A DNA stretch of 64,000 nucleotides, taken from contig OZ244561.1 of the NCBI GenBank assembly GCA_965217585.1, positions 1,696,001-1,760,000 on the forward strand. The letters run 5' to 3'. The first letter of the stretch is position 1. The number at the start of each line of letters is the position of its first letter. Of this stretch, positions 17,612 through 27,442 are shown in pieces. This stretch comes from Candidatus Latescibacterota bacterium (lineage in GTDB: Bacteria; Latescibacterota; UBA2968; UBA8231). Below the pieces are notes generated by a model. The model ran no database searches, had not been told where the DNA came from, and saw nothing but the letters and a program-made list of their open reading frames with translations. The translations under genes and the position numbers were made by a program.

Positions 17612-18142
17612 TCATCCCTCTGGCTCGTACGATTCGGCATCCTCCGCCACCCGCTCCCCCGCATCCGTGCGCTCCACCCGATACGAGAGCCCGGCCCGAA
17701 TCGTCTCCAACATCCCATTCATCCGCGCCTGCTCCTGCTCCAGCCGACCCAGCCGCTCGGGCAGCGTCTCCAGCACCCCATTCATCCGCGCCTGCTCCTG
17801 CTCCTGCCGACCCAGCCGCTCTGAAAGCTGCGCCTGCCCCTCTTCTACGCGACCCAACCGCTCCGAAAGCGTCGCCAGCACCCCATTCATCCGCGCCTGT
17901 TCCTGCTCCTGCCGACCCAACTGCTTGGCCAGCGCATCCATCTTATTGTCCTGACGCGTCGCCAGCGCATCCTGCTTATCGTCCTGACGCGCCGCCAGTT
18001 TGTCCTGCCGTTCCACAAGTATCCGTAGGTCGGCGCGAATATCCCGCATGTCGGCGCGGATACTCCGCGCCGTAGCCAGCACTAGCCCCGCCAAGGCGAT
18101 ACCGACGGCTATAACAGTCCAAGCTATCGCGCCACTATCCAC
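17612..18142 (-). CDS. Single-TM coiled-coil protein with internal repeats
   Basis: N-terminal TM, and LGR(Q/L)EQEQARMNG(V/M)L repeated three times at both DNA and protein level. Confidence 0.65.
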   Translation of the reverse strand: MDSGAIAWTVIAVGIALAGLVLATARSIRADMRDIRADLRILVERQDKLAARQDDKQDALATRQDNKMDALAKQLGRQEQEQARMNGVLATLSERLGRVEEGQAQLSERLGRQEQEQARMNGVLETLPERLGRLEQEQARMNGMLETIRAGLSYRVERTDAGERVAEDAESYEPEG

Positions 18143-18300
18143 GAAAACGGCCCTCCGGTTTTATCCCAGTCAAACGCCCTTCACGCATTCCCTCAATTGA
18201 CCCCTTCATACGATCCTGCCGCTAGTACAGTTACGATACCCTCCATAGCAGGCACCTCCTCTAAGACCATCAGCAAATATCACCGACCCCCATCCCTATG

Positions 18301-20745
18301 TCAAACCTCCCGCCGCCGCTGCCGCCACGCCGCCGCCACCACGCCCACAACCACCACCAACCCCACCACCACCGCCCCCCGCGCCCAAGCCAACACCGGC
18401 GAAAAATAGCGAAACTCCACCTCGTGTTCCCCCGCCGACAACGCCACCCCCTTCCATATATAGTTCACCCGCACCATCTCCGCCTCCTCCTCATCCACCC
18501 ACACCGACCAATTCGACTGGTAATTCTCCGACACCACCAACACGCGCGGCCCCGCGCTGTGCGTCCGCAGACGAATCAGCCCGTCCTTTGGATCATACGC
18601 CAGCCGCTCCACCCGGTCGCCAGCCCGGTCCCCCGTGCCATCGAGCCGCACCACCGGCGCGCCCTCCAACAAAGCCACCCGCTGCGGGTCCACCCGGCCA
18701 CTCAACAGCCGCGCCAACACCGCCTCGCCGCTGTCCAAAACCTCAGCTTCTGGCACCAAGTAAAACCACGGCAACGCCTGCGGATTTTCGTACAAACGAA
18801 AGCGCGCTCCCTCAAAGCGCAGCGGATACGCCGCCAGATTCAACTCTAAGGGCTTGGGCACGGCCAAATACTTCCCATTGAGCAAATTCAACAAAGATTG
18901 GAACGCCACAGACGGCGCACCCGCCCGCAAAAACTGCTGCACCAGCGGCTCAAACTCCCTCAGCATCCTATCGTAGCGCCCCACCGTCAAATCGTGAAAC
19001 CCCGTGATGGACCAAACCCCGTGCAAGTGATAGCCCGGCTCCTCCAGCACCCGGAAGCTAGGCAAGGGCAAGACGCGAAAAAGCGACTCATCGCTTTGCA
19101 AAAACTGCACCGCACGCGGATTCTCCCGGCGAATATCCGCATAGCGGCCCGGATCCCGATAGAGCAAATAAACCCGATCAACGCGCCACGTGTCGAACAA
19201 CGTCACCGCGCACAACCCCCCCACCATCACCGTCGCCGAAAGCTGCCCCCACAACCGCAAATAGAGCAACGCCACACCCGCGCCCACCGCCACCACCACG
19301 CACCAGCCACCGCGCGCGATCCAATCGTAGCTCCCAGCCAACACAGCCCGCTTTTGCGGCGCAATATCCTCGTAAAACACACTCATCCACGCATCGGTCG
19401 CCCCCTTGGGAAAGAGCGCGACCAGCAAAGCCAGCGCGGCGAGGATGCCGCCGACATAGGCCAAGCGGCCCCGCAGCAAGGCCCGCTCGTCCGCGTCCGC
19501 ATCCAACACCCGCTGCAAACCCAACCCCGCCAGCGCACACCCGGCAAACGCAAACACAAACGAACCCATGCCAATGGCGCGCTGCACGTCCGCCCCAGGC
19601 AGCAAGTGAAACGCCAGCCAATGCACGGGCGTATGCTCGCCCAACACGTAGGCCAACGCCAGCACAAACACGCCGCCCAGCAGCGCCACTTGCGGACGCC
19701 GCCGACACTCCGGCACCATCAGCAGCGCCAACAGCACGGCCAACGCGCCAAAATACTCGGAGTTGATCTTAAACGCATTGCGTCCCCAATAGCGCGAGCC
19801 GCCCTGCACCAACACATTGTCGTACCCGCCGAACTCCGGCACCACCAGCGAAGCCACTTCCTCGGGATGCAGCGACCAACTCCGCGCATACGCGAGCTGT
19901 TCCTCCACGGTCTTGCCCCCCACCTCATCGCCCGTAGCCCGCTTGGACTCGGCGCGGGTGTAGAGCATCACCGGAAAAGCCCCCTCAGCCCCCAACGCCA
20001 ATCCCAGCACCACCGCACCGATAAAGTGCGCCAAGCGCCGCACCAAGGCGACCCGCTCGCGGCGCATCTGGTACAACTTAAATAGGAAATAGACGCCGAG
20101 ACCCAGCAGCGCAAAGTACGTCATCGGCGGATGGGAGTAGATACACGCGCCAATCAGCGCGCCGAGAGCCGCCCAATAGATCAACCGACCCTGCGCCAAG
20201 GCCCGTTCCAACGCCCAGATGATCCACGGGAAAAGGGCGATGACGCCCATCTTGGCGTAGTGGCCGGCCAAGGGAAAGGCCAAGAAGGTCGGCGCGGACA
20301 TGAAGGCCACCCCGCCCCACAGTGCGGCGCGACCTCCCACGTGGATTTGGCGCAAGTACGCGTACATACCCAAGCCGGCGACGAACATCGTCAGGATGTA
20401 GCGCCACCCGACGTAGCGCTGAAAGGTCGTAAAAAAATACAAGACGTATGCCGGGAAGTACTGGGGACGAATGCCCTCGGACTGGGGGAAGCCGCCCATC
20501 TTGGGGTCCCACAGGGGCTGCGCCACGGTCTGCACCTTGTCCCAAAAGCTCAGGTCCGCGCCCTTGTGGTAGTCCGCGCCCACGTCCAAACCATAGACGA
20601 TCTTGTCCGACAGGGGGAACTCGTAGAAGTACAACAGGCTCAGGGCGAGAAAGAAGACCGGCGGGAACAGACGGTGATTCCACAGGGGCGGCCCAGCGGC
20701 CTTTGCCGGGGCTTGGGTTTTGGCGCGTTTGTTTTTTTTGACCAT
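18301..20745 (-). CDS. YfhO-family polytopic membrane protein (GT-C-like)
   Basis: PLWDP..GGFP motif, many TM helices, and a C-terminal SENY..NW...VNY.WKGV.LSAGEHEVEFRY motif. Confidence 0.85.
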   Translation of the reverse strand: MVKKNKRAKTQAPAKAAGPPLWNHRLFPPVFFLALSLLYFYEFPLSDKIVYGLDVGADYHKGADLSFWDKVQTVAQPLWDPKMGGFPQSEGIRPQYFPAYVLYFFTTFQRYVGWRYILTMFVAGLGMYAYLRQIHVGGRAALWGGVAFMSAPTFLAFPLAGHYAKMGVIALFPWIIWALERALAQGRLIYWAALGALIGACIYSHPPMTYFALLGLGVYFLFKLYQMRRERVALVRRLAHFIGAVVLGLALGAEGAFPVMLYTRAESKRATGDEVGGKTVEEQLAYARSWSLHPEEVASLVVPEFGGYDNVLVQGGSRYWGRNAFKINSEYFGALAVLLALLMVPECRRRPQVALLGGVFVLALAYVLGEHTPVHWLAFHLLPGADVQRAIGMGSFVFAFAGCALAGLGLQRVLDADADERALLRGRLAYVGGILAALALLVALFPKGATDAWMSVFYEDIAPQKRAVLAGSYDWIARGGWCVVVAVGAGVALLYLRLWGQLSATVMVGGLCAVTLFDTWRVDRVYLLYRDPGRYADIRRENPRAVQFLQSDESLFRVLPLPSFRVLEEPGYHLHGVWSITGFHDLTVGRYDRMLREFEPLVQQFLRAGAPSVAFQSLLNLLNGKYLAVPKPLELNLAAYPLRFEGARFRLYENPQALPWFYLVPEAEVLDSGEAVLARLLSGRVDPQRVALLEGAPVVRLDGTGDRAGDRVERLAYDPKDGLIRLRTHSAGPRVLVVSENYQSNWSVWVDEEEAEMVRVNYIWKGVALSAGEHEVEFRYFSPVLAWARGAVVVGLVVVVGVVAAAWRQRRREV

Positions 20746-20797
20746 GAACGATCTCCGTGGGGCAACTACAGGTGTGTCCTATAGCAATCCTGAATAA

Positions 20798-21001
20798 CTG
20801 ACGTTACGCAGACTTATGTAGTGTCTGCCGCCTTGCTGCCCTGCCTGTCGTCATTCCCGCGAAAGCGGGAATCCAGCCCAGCGCCCTAGCCTCAAACGGC
20901 CTTTCTGGATGCCTGCTTTCGCAGGCATGACACCGGGACCGCACAGGCACCAAGCGGGCGGAAGAGGCTGCCCTAAGAAGACAGAGGCTGCGTAACATCA
21001 G
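20798..21001. mobile_element. 204-bp MITE with 14-bp TIRs and 7-bp target-site duplication
   Basis: TIRs CTGACGTTACGCAG / CTGCGTAACATCAG (one mismatch), with TGAATAA on both flanks (20791-20797 and 21002-21008). Confidence 0.8.
20850..20931. repeat. Inverted doublet of GTCATTCCCGCGAAAGCGGGAATCCAG-type palindromic (REP/dRS3-like) repeats
   Basis: GTCATTCCCGCGAAAGCGGGAATCCAG at 20850-20876 and the inverted variant CTGGATGCCTGCTTTCGCAGGCATGAC at 20905-20931. Confidence 0.8.
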
Positions 21002-21038
21002 TGAATAACTTGAAAGCTTCAAGCGGCTTGCGGATAAC

Positions 21039-22163
21039 CTATCTGCGTCCATCTGCGGATAATCTAACCGTCCGCAAATACACCTCCTCCAAATCCTCCG
21101 CCAACCGATCCCAACCAAACCGCCCTGCCCACGCCCTGCCCGCCACTCCCAAAGACCGCCGCCTTGAGTCGTCGGCGATCAGCGCCCGCATCCCCGCTGC
21201 CAAAGCACCCACATCGTCAGGAGGCACCAACACCCCGGTCTCACCGTGGCGCACGGCGTCGCGCAGGCCGTCAATGTTGGTGCCCAACACGGCTTTGCCG
21301 GCGGCAGCGGCTTCTACGGCCACCATGCACCAACCCTCGTAGCGGGACGGAATGCAAACCATCAGGGCGCGGCGCAAGAGTTCGCCTTTTTGCTCCTCTT
21401 CCACACGCCCTATGATCTCCACACGGCTTTCCAATCTCGCCCGCCGCGTCAAGTCGCGCACCCTAGCGAGCTGTTTAGGGGTGCCGCGCCCGGCCAGCTT
21501 GAGGCGGATATCCGGATACTCGGCGACAATCTCGGCAAACGCGGCGATCAATAGATCGATCCCCTTGGTGTGTATATCCATGCGACCAAAGTAGAGCAAG
21601 TAAGGATCTTCCCCAGGCGCCAGCGCGAAAAAACGGCGATCGACGCCGCTATACACCAGATCAACCGCCGCGCCGCGCGCGCTCCGCTGAATGCGCGTTT
21701 GCACGCTGGGGGCAATCGTCAAGATGCGGCCATAGGCGCGCAGGGCGCGTTGCTCGCACAGCCACGCCACACCGCCCACGAGCGGATGCTTGACGAGGGC
21801 GTGCCGCCCCATGAAGTGATAAAACAAAAGCAGGCCCTGCCGCCGCAACGCAGCCGGGACGCGCAAGGGCGCGAAGGCCGAAAACTCGTTGATCCACAGG
21901 TCCCACTCTAGCCGCTGCAACTGGGCTACGGCCGCGTGGCAATAGCCCAAGCGGCTCAGGGCATAGCTGCGGGCCGAGCCAACGCGCAACAGGCGCAACC
22001 CGTGCCGTTCGGTCTCCGGCTCGGCCCCGGGGAAAAGACCACTGACGACGGTGATCTCGTGGCGGCTGGCCAGGCGGCGGTAGAGCTCCATCGCCCGCAC
22101 TGCGCCGCCGCCGCCTAACCACGGGTTGGCCATGTCGTCGTACATCAGATGGCAGATCTTCAT
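21039..22163 (-). CDS. Glycosyltransferase family 4
   Basis: YFGR....KG.D, PSRYEGW..VAVEAAAAG and GETGVLVPP motifs. Confidence 0.9.
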   Translation of the reverse strand: MKICHLMYDDMANPWLGGGGAVRAMELYRRLASRHEITVVSGLFPGAEPETERHGLRLLRVGSARSYALSRLGYCHAAVAQLQRLEWDLWINEFSAFAPLRVPAALRRQGLLLFYHFMGRHALVKHPLVGGVAWLCEQRALRAYGRILTIAPSVQTRIQRSARGAAVDLVYSGVDRRFFALAPGEDPYLLYFGRMDIHTKGIDLLIAAFAEIVAEYPDIRLKLAGRGTPKQLARVRDLTRRARLESRVEIIGRVEEEQKGELLRRALMVCIPSRYEGWCMVAVEAAAAGKAVLGTNIDGLRDAVRHGETGVLVPPDDVGALAAGMRALIADDSRRRSLGVAGRAWAGRFGWDRLAEDLEEVYLRTVRLSADGRR

Positions 22164-22180
22164 GGGCGAGTGCCCGTGCC

Positions 22181-22777
22181 TCAGAGTACGCCCTTGGTCG
22201 AAGGAATGCCCTGGACCCGCTCGTTCCGCTGCGCGGCCATGAGCAGGGCGCGGGCGAAGGCCTTAAAGAGGGCCTCAATGCCGTGGTGGGCGTTGTGGCC
22301 GCGCACGAGGTCGAGGTGCAGATTCATCCGCCCTTGGTCGGCCACCGCGTAGAAAAACTCGCGCACTAAGGACACATCCAGTGCGCCGACCCGCTCCTCG
22401 CTGAAGGCGGCGGCAAAGACCAAATAGGCCCGGCCCGACAAATCCATCACCGCCCGCGCGAGCGCCTCGTCCATGGGCACATAGCTGTGACCGTAGCGCT
22501 GAATGCCGGCCTTGTCGCCCAAGGCTTGGACGATGGCTTGGCCGAGGCAGATCCCTATGTCTTCCACCGTGTGGTGGGCATCCACGTGCAGGTCGCCGCG
22601 GCATTGGACCGCTAGGTCGCACAGGCCGTGCCGGGCCAAGGCGTGGAGCATGTGGTCGAAAAAGCCGAGGCCGGTGTCGGCGCGGCACTGGCCGCTGCCG
22701 TCGAGGCATAGCTGCAACTCGATCTCAGTCTCGGTCGTCTGGCGCACGATCCGCGCCGTGCGTTGATCTGCGCTCAT
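22181..22777 (-). CDS. hisB: Imidazoleglycerol-phosphate dehydratase
   Basis: DAHHTVED, PMDEAL, NAHHGIEALFKA and PSTKGVL motifs. Confidence 0.97.
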   Translation of the reverse strand: MSADQRTARIVRQTTETEIELQLCLDGSGQCRADTGLGFFDHMLHALARHGLCDLAVQCRGDLHVDAHHTVEDIGICLGQAIVQALGDKAGIQRYGHSYVPMDEALARAVMDLSGRAYLVFAAAFSEERVGALDVSLVREFFYAVADQGRMNLHLDLVRGHNAHHGIEALFKAFARALLMAAQRNERVQGIPSTKGVL

Positions 22778-24078
22778 GGTGTGGCCTTCTGTTGGCGGAT
22801 GCGGACGGCTTGCGCATGGGCCTCAAGGCCCTCGGCCTGCGCCATGCGGGCGATGTGCTCGGCCGTGTGGGCCAAGCGCTCGGGGGTGTAGGCGATGATG
22901 CTCGTCGTCTTGACGAAATCGGCCCACCCCAACGACGAGGCGTAGCGGGCCGCGCCTTGCGTCGGCAGCACGTGGTTGGTGCCGGCGAAGTAATCGCCGA
23001 CCGGCTCGGTGGAAGCCGCGCCGAGGAACAGCGCACCGCAGTGGCGAATGGCATCAATCCAGCGCCACGGGTCGGCCACCTGCAATTCGGCGTGTTCCGG
23101 CGCTAGGCGGTTGAGTAGCTCAATCCCCACTTCGAGACTAGGCACCACGACAATCGCGCCGTACTCTTCTAAGGCCCTATCTATAATTGAATAGCGCGGC
23201 AAGGCCGCTCGTTGCGCTTCGAGTGCCGCTTGCACGCGGCGCGCTAGGGCCGCGCAATCCGTGATGCACACGGCCGCCACTCCCCAGCCGTGCTCGGCTT
23301 GCGCGAGCAAATCCGCGGCCACCAAGCGCGGGTCAGCCCCCGCGTCGGCGAGCACCACAATTTCCGACGGGCCGGGCAACAGCGCGATGCCCACCGCGCC
23401 GAAGACCTGCCGCTGCGCGGCCACCGTATAGGGAGAACCCGGGCCGACGATCTTGTGTACCGGCGAGATGCTCTCCGTGCCATAAGCCAGCGCTCCCACG
23501 GCCTGCGCCCCGCCCACGGCGTACACCTCGTCAATGCCCAACAAGCGCGCAGCAGCCGCAATCACTGGGGCCGGCCGACCGGCCGCTACCGGCGGCGTGA
23601 CCACGCAGAGCTGGTCCACGCCAGCCACCTGCGCGGGCACGGCCGTCATCAGCAAGCTCGAAAACAGCGGCACCTCGCCAGCCGGCACGCACAGCCCCAC
23701 CCGCTCGATGGGCGTGATTTTCTTGCCCAGCACCACCCCGTCACCGTCTTCGACAAACCAAGAATTGAGTTTTTGCCGCTCGTGGAAGGCGCGGATATTA
23801 GCTGCGGCCGCCTCCATAGAGGCGCGCAGGCTCGGGTCGAGCGCGGCCTCGGCCTCGGCGAGCACAGACGCTGGAACCCGCAACTGCCCAGGGCATACCT
23901 CCACGCCATCGAAGCGCTGCGTCAACGCGCACAACGCGGCATCGCCTTCTTCCCGCACCTGCCGCAGAATATCCCGCACCGCGTCCTCGACCTCGGGGTC
24001 GGATTCGGGGCGGCGAGCCAACAGAGCGGCCAACGGAGCGGCCAGCGGCTCGGAGGGATAGGACGCAATGGGCACCAT
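22774..24078 (-). CDS. hisD: Histidinol dehydrogenase
   Basis: GGAQA, GPSE, DLLAQAEH, APEH and GDYFAGTNHVLPT motifs. True start is the ATG overlapping the hisG stop (TGATG). Confidence 0.95.
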   Translation of the reverse strand: MVPIASYPSEPLAAPLAALLARRPESDPEVEDAVRDILRQVREEGDAALCALTQRFDGVEVCPGQLRVPASVLAEAEAALDPSLRASMEAAAANIRAFHERQKLNSWFVEDGDGVVLGKKITPIERVGLCVPAGEVPLFSSLLMTAVPAQVAGVDQLCVVTPPVAAGRPAPVIAAAARLLGIDEVYAVGGAQAVGALAYGTESISPVHKIVGPGSPYTVAAQRQVFGAVGIALLPGPSEIVVLADAGADPRLVAADLLAQAEHGWGVAAVCITDCAALARRVQAALEAQRAALPRYSIIDRALEEYGAIVVVPSLEVGIELLNRLAPEHAELQVADPWRWIDAIRHCGALFLGAASTEPVGDYFAGTNHVLPTQGAARYASSLGWADFVKTTSIIAYTPERLAHTAEHIARMAQAEGLEAHAQAVRIRQQKATP

Positions 24079-24956
24079 CAATACACGACTTTGTGGAGCG
24101 GGTATTCGATGATGCCTTCGGCCCCGAGCCGCTTGAGCTGGGGAATGAGCTCGCGCACCACGCGCTCGTCGGCGACGATTTCCAGCGCCACCCACTCGGC
24201 GTCCATCTGGCTGGAGACCGTGGGCGTGTGCAGGGCCGGCAGCCGGGCGATGACGCGGTCGAGCTGGGCGCGCGGCACGTTCATCTTGAGGCCGACCTTG
24301 TGCTCGGCTTCGAGCGCACCCGTGAGCAGCATCAGCAAGTTCTCGGCCTTCTCCCGCTTCCAGCCATCGGCCCACGCGGCCTTGTTGGCAATCAAGCGCG
24401 GCGTTGATTCGCAAACCGTATCGACGATCCGCAGCCGGTTGGCCTTGAGCGACGCGCCCGTCTCGGTCGCCTCGACGATGGCGTCCACCAGCCCGGGAAT
24501 GCCGGCCTTGACCTCGGTCGTGCCCCACGAAAACTCCACCTCGGCCTCCACGCCGCGCGCCTGCAAGAAGCGGCGCGTCACGCCAACCAACTCGCTGGCA
24601 ATGCGGTGGCCCTGCAGGTCTTCGACGCATTGGATGGCGGAATCCTCGGGCACGGCAATGACCCAGCGCAAGGGCCGCGCCGTGCTCTTGCTGTAGGTCA
24701 GCTCGCCGACTTCGACTACCTCGGCCTCGCTTTCGAGGATCCAATCTCGGCCCGTCAGGCCGACATCGACGACGCCGCGCGCCACGTACTGGGCAATTTC
24801 CTGCGCCCGGAACATCAGGCCCGCAAGCTGGGGGTCGTCGATGTCGGGCACGTACGAGCGCGGCGCGAGCCGCACCCGATACCCAGCCCGGACAAACAGG
24901 TCAAACGTGGACTCCTGCAAGCTCCCGGACGGGAAGCCGATCTTCAATTCCTTCAT
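24078..24956 (-). CDS. hisG: ATP phosphoribosyltransferase (long form)
   Basis: PSGSLQE, DVGLTG.DW, GTTE, ETGASL.AN.L and a C-terminal regulatory domain. Confidence 0.95.
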   Translation of the reverse strand: MKELKIGFPSGSLQESTFDLFVRAGYRVRLAPRSYVPDIDDPQLAGLMFRAQEIAQYVARGVVDVGLTGRDWILESEAEVVEVGELTYSKSTARPLRWVIAVPEDSAIQCVEDLQGHRIASELVGVTRRFLQARGVEAEVEFSWGTTEVKAGIPGLVDAIVEATETGASLKANRLRIVDTVCESTPRLIANKAAWADGWKREKAENLLMLLTGALEAEHKVGLKMNVPRAQLDRVIARLPALHTPTVSSQMDAEWVALEIVADERVVRELIPQLKRLGAEGIIEYPLHKVVY

Positions 24957-25891
24957 CTCGCTCCTAACTCAGTTCCTCTCATCGCCTCGGCGACTTGGGG
25001 GCTTAGCTTGTACAGAGCTTGCCGTGCCGCGGTCTGGTCTTTTTCCGTGCCCTCCTTCATCAGCCGCTGCAAGTGCGGCACGGCCCGCGCATCGCCCACC
25101 TCGGCGAGGGCATGCACGGCCTTGCTGCGGATGCTCTGGAGTTCGTCGGCGTCGAGGGCGACCACCAGCGCTTCGTAGATGGCGGCGCGAGCGGGCGCGC
25201 CGAGCGGCGCGTGGCCGATGTGGCCGAGGGCCTGCACGGCCACGTAGCGCACCTCATCCGAGGGGTCCAGCGACATGCGAATGACTTCTTCGGCCGCGTC
25301 GCGGTACCCGTAGGCGCGCAGGCTCTGCAAGGCGGCGATCCGCCACTTGGGCTTGGGGGCGCGCAAGGCGCGGCGCACCACGCGGAAGGCCGAGTCGCTC
25401 AAAGTCGGCTCGGCTGCGTACGAATGGCACGCGCCGAGCGCACCGAGCACGTATTGGCGCACTTCTACCGTGGGGTCGCGCACGTACTTGAGCAGCGGGG
25501 CAAGCGCGGTGGGCGCGCCGATCTGGCCCAGCGCCCACGCGGCCGCCGCCGCCACTCGCGGCGACCGGTCTTTTAGGGACGCGACCAAGGTCGGCACGGC
25601 GCGCTCGTCCTTAAAGCGGCCCAACAGGTGCATCACCTCAAACCGCACGCGGATATAGCCGGAGTCGGCTTCCTCAATAAGCAGGGGAACGACCTCGTCG
25701 GCGTCGAAGCGAATGAGCTGGTTGGCGGCTTTGATGCGCTCGACTTTTTGCCGGCTTTTGAGCTGGTGAATGTACTCTTCCGGCGCGGGGCCCCCACACG
25801 CGATGCCCAAGCCCGCGCCCAGCAGCAAGACCCAAAGGGCGAGTCGCGTGCTGCTGCCAAATTTTTGTTTTTTAAAAAAAGTGCCGGCCAT
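24953..25891 (-). CDS. HEAT-repeat lipoprotein
   Basis: Lipobox LGIAC and repeated VR..A..ALG HEAT units. The start could be 25909. Confidence 0.8.
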   Translation of the reverse strand: MAGTFFKKQKFGSSTRLALWVLLLGAGLGIACGGPAPEEYIHQLKSRQKVERIKAANQLIRFDADEVVPLLIEEADSGYIRVRFEVMHLLGRFKDERAVPTLVASLKDRSPRVAAAAAWALGQIGAPTALAPLLKYVRDPTVEVRQYVLGALGACHSYAAEPTLSDSAFRVVRRALRAPKPKWRIAALQSLRAYGYRDAAEEVIRMSLDPSDEVRYVAVQALGHIGHAPLGAPARAAIYEALVVALDADELQSIRSKAVHALAEVGDARAVPHLQRLMKEGTEKDQTAARQALYKLSPQVAEAMRGTELGAR

Positions 25892-26032
25892 ATCGCGTTC
25901 TCTATTCAATGATTGATATATTTATGGAAGCGTCTAAGGAGTTTGCGGAGGCTATCCTTTATTCAATTATATATGGTATCTATTAAAATAAAGGCCGACC
26001 ATAACATCGTCCACTGCACCAGTTTCCCGTCT

Positions 26033-26061
26033 TTGACAATACTCCTAGTGACTTTTATACT
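26033..26061 (+). promoter_or_regulatory. Sigma70-type promoter
   Basis: TTGACA-17 bp-TATACT upstream of an AGGAGG RBS. Confidence 0.7.
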
Positions 26062-26092
26062 TTTCCAATCCCTATTCCACAGGAGGTTCCCC

Positions 26093-26326
26093 GTGAACTT
26101 GGAACTCATTTACTGCTCTGCTTGAGGCTACGAAACCAAAGCCGCCAGTTTGGCGGAACAGTTACTCGTCGCCTACAAGAAAGACGTCGCCGCCTTCTCG
26201 CTAGTGCCCTCAGACCGGGGGAAGTTCGAACTCAGCCTCGATGGCGAGCTGATCTTTTCCAAGCTGCAAGAAGGCCGCTTTCCCGACGCCGGCGAAGTCG
26301 AGGCCCGGCTCGCCGCTCGCGGATAA
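26093..26326 (+). CDS. Rdx-family (SelW/SelT/SelH-like) selenoprotein, CxxU
   Basis: GTG start after AGGAGG. MNLELIYCSA-UGA(26123-26125)-GYETKAASLAEQLL...GKFELSLDGELIFSKLQEGRFPD reads as one Rdx fold, with a hairpin 3' of the UGA. Confidence 0.9.
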
Positions 26327-26374
26327 ACGCCCGTCCACGTCTTTACTCCATACGAGACACGAGGAGGCTCCGTT

Positions 26375-27433
26375 TTGAAGTACTGCCGCTTGATCAGTTT
26401 CGCGCTCGCGCTTTTGAGCGCACCTGCCCTCGCCCAGTCGCCCGAAGCCCTCGATTACTTCCGCACGGGCTACGACTTAGCCAAGAAGGGCAGCTACCGC
26501 AACGCCGCCATCGAGCTAGAAATGGCCGTGGCGGCCGATTCCTCCTACGGCGCCGCCCACTACGTCCTCGGCCTTTCCTACAAGGCCCTCAACGAGTACG
26601 ACAAATCCATCACCAGCTTTACCGCAGCCCATGCCCTCGGCACCAAGCCAGAACAGGCCGCTAAGGCACTGGGCCAGCTCTATGAAAAGGCCGCCCTCAA
26701 CAGCTTTCGCCAAAAGAAATACCGCGAATCCATCGACTATTTTACTAAAGCGCGCGACTTCACCTCGCAAAGCGCCCAATCCCTCTACGTCATGGGCCTT
26801 TCCCACAGTGGCCTGCACGAGAAAGACAAGGCCAAAGTGGCCTTTGCCGAGGCCATAGCGGCCGATCCCACCGACGCCAGACCCTACAATGCCCTCGGCG
26901 ACATCCAGCGCCTCAGCCGCGACTACGGCAAAGCCATCGTCACCTACCAGCGTTCCATAGAGGCCGACCCCACGTACATGGAATCATACGGCGACTTGGC
27001 GCGGTTGAAGTTCAAGACCCAAGACACAGAGGGCATCGTGCCGCTTTTGCAAAACGCCCTAAAGATCGACGACACGTACGCCGAAGGGCACCGCTTGCTC
27101 GGCATTGCGCTCAACCAGCTCGGCCGTTTCCACGAGGCCATTGCCCCGCTGAACAAGGCAGCCGATCTAGACAAGGCCTACTGCGAGACGCATTACCGGC
27201 TGGGCGAGGCCCACTACGGCATGGGCAACTTCCGCCAAGCCATTGAGCACACCCGGCGCGCCACGAGTTGCCAATCTGACTACCGAGCCGCCGAAGTGCT
27301 ACTGGGCGACGCGCATTTTCAGCTAGGCCAACGACAGGAAGCGCGGCGCTGGTACAACCGAGCGGTAAAAGACACCCGCTACAAGGACTACGTAGCGAGC
27401 AAACTCTCAGAGATTGACGAGCAGCCCCAATAG
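26375..27433 (+). CDS. Secreted tetratricopeptide-repeat protein
   Basis: Signal peptide, GAGGAGG RBS and multiple TPR units (A...LG...). Confidence 0.85.
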   Translation: MKYCRLISFALALLSAPALAQSPEALDYFRTGYDLAKKGSYRNAAIELEMAVAADSSYGAAHYVLGLSYKALNEYDKSITSFTAAHALGTKPEQAAKALGQLYEKAALNSFRQKKYRESIDYFTKARDFTSQSAQSLYVMGLSHSGLHEKDKAKVAFAEAIAADPTDARPYNALGDIQRLSRDYGKAIVTYQRSIEADPTYMESYGDLARLKFKTQDTEGIVPLLQNALKIDDTYAEGHRLLGIALNQLGRFHEAIAPLNKAADLDKAYCETHYRLGEAHYGMGNFRQAIEHTRRATSCQSDYRAAEVLLGDAHFQLGQRQEARRWYNRAVKDTRYKDYVASKLSEIDEQPQ

Positions 27434-27442
27434 GCGGTCGTA

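Noticed and set aside
24079-24744. 222-aa N-terminal extension of HisD in the ORF track
   Set aside because: It overlaps hisG in another frame. HisD similarity begins at the coupled ATG at 24078.
26122-26664. 180-aa Arg-rich ORF
   Set aside because: Out-of-frame overlap of the selenoprotein and TPR genes.
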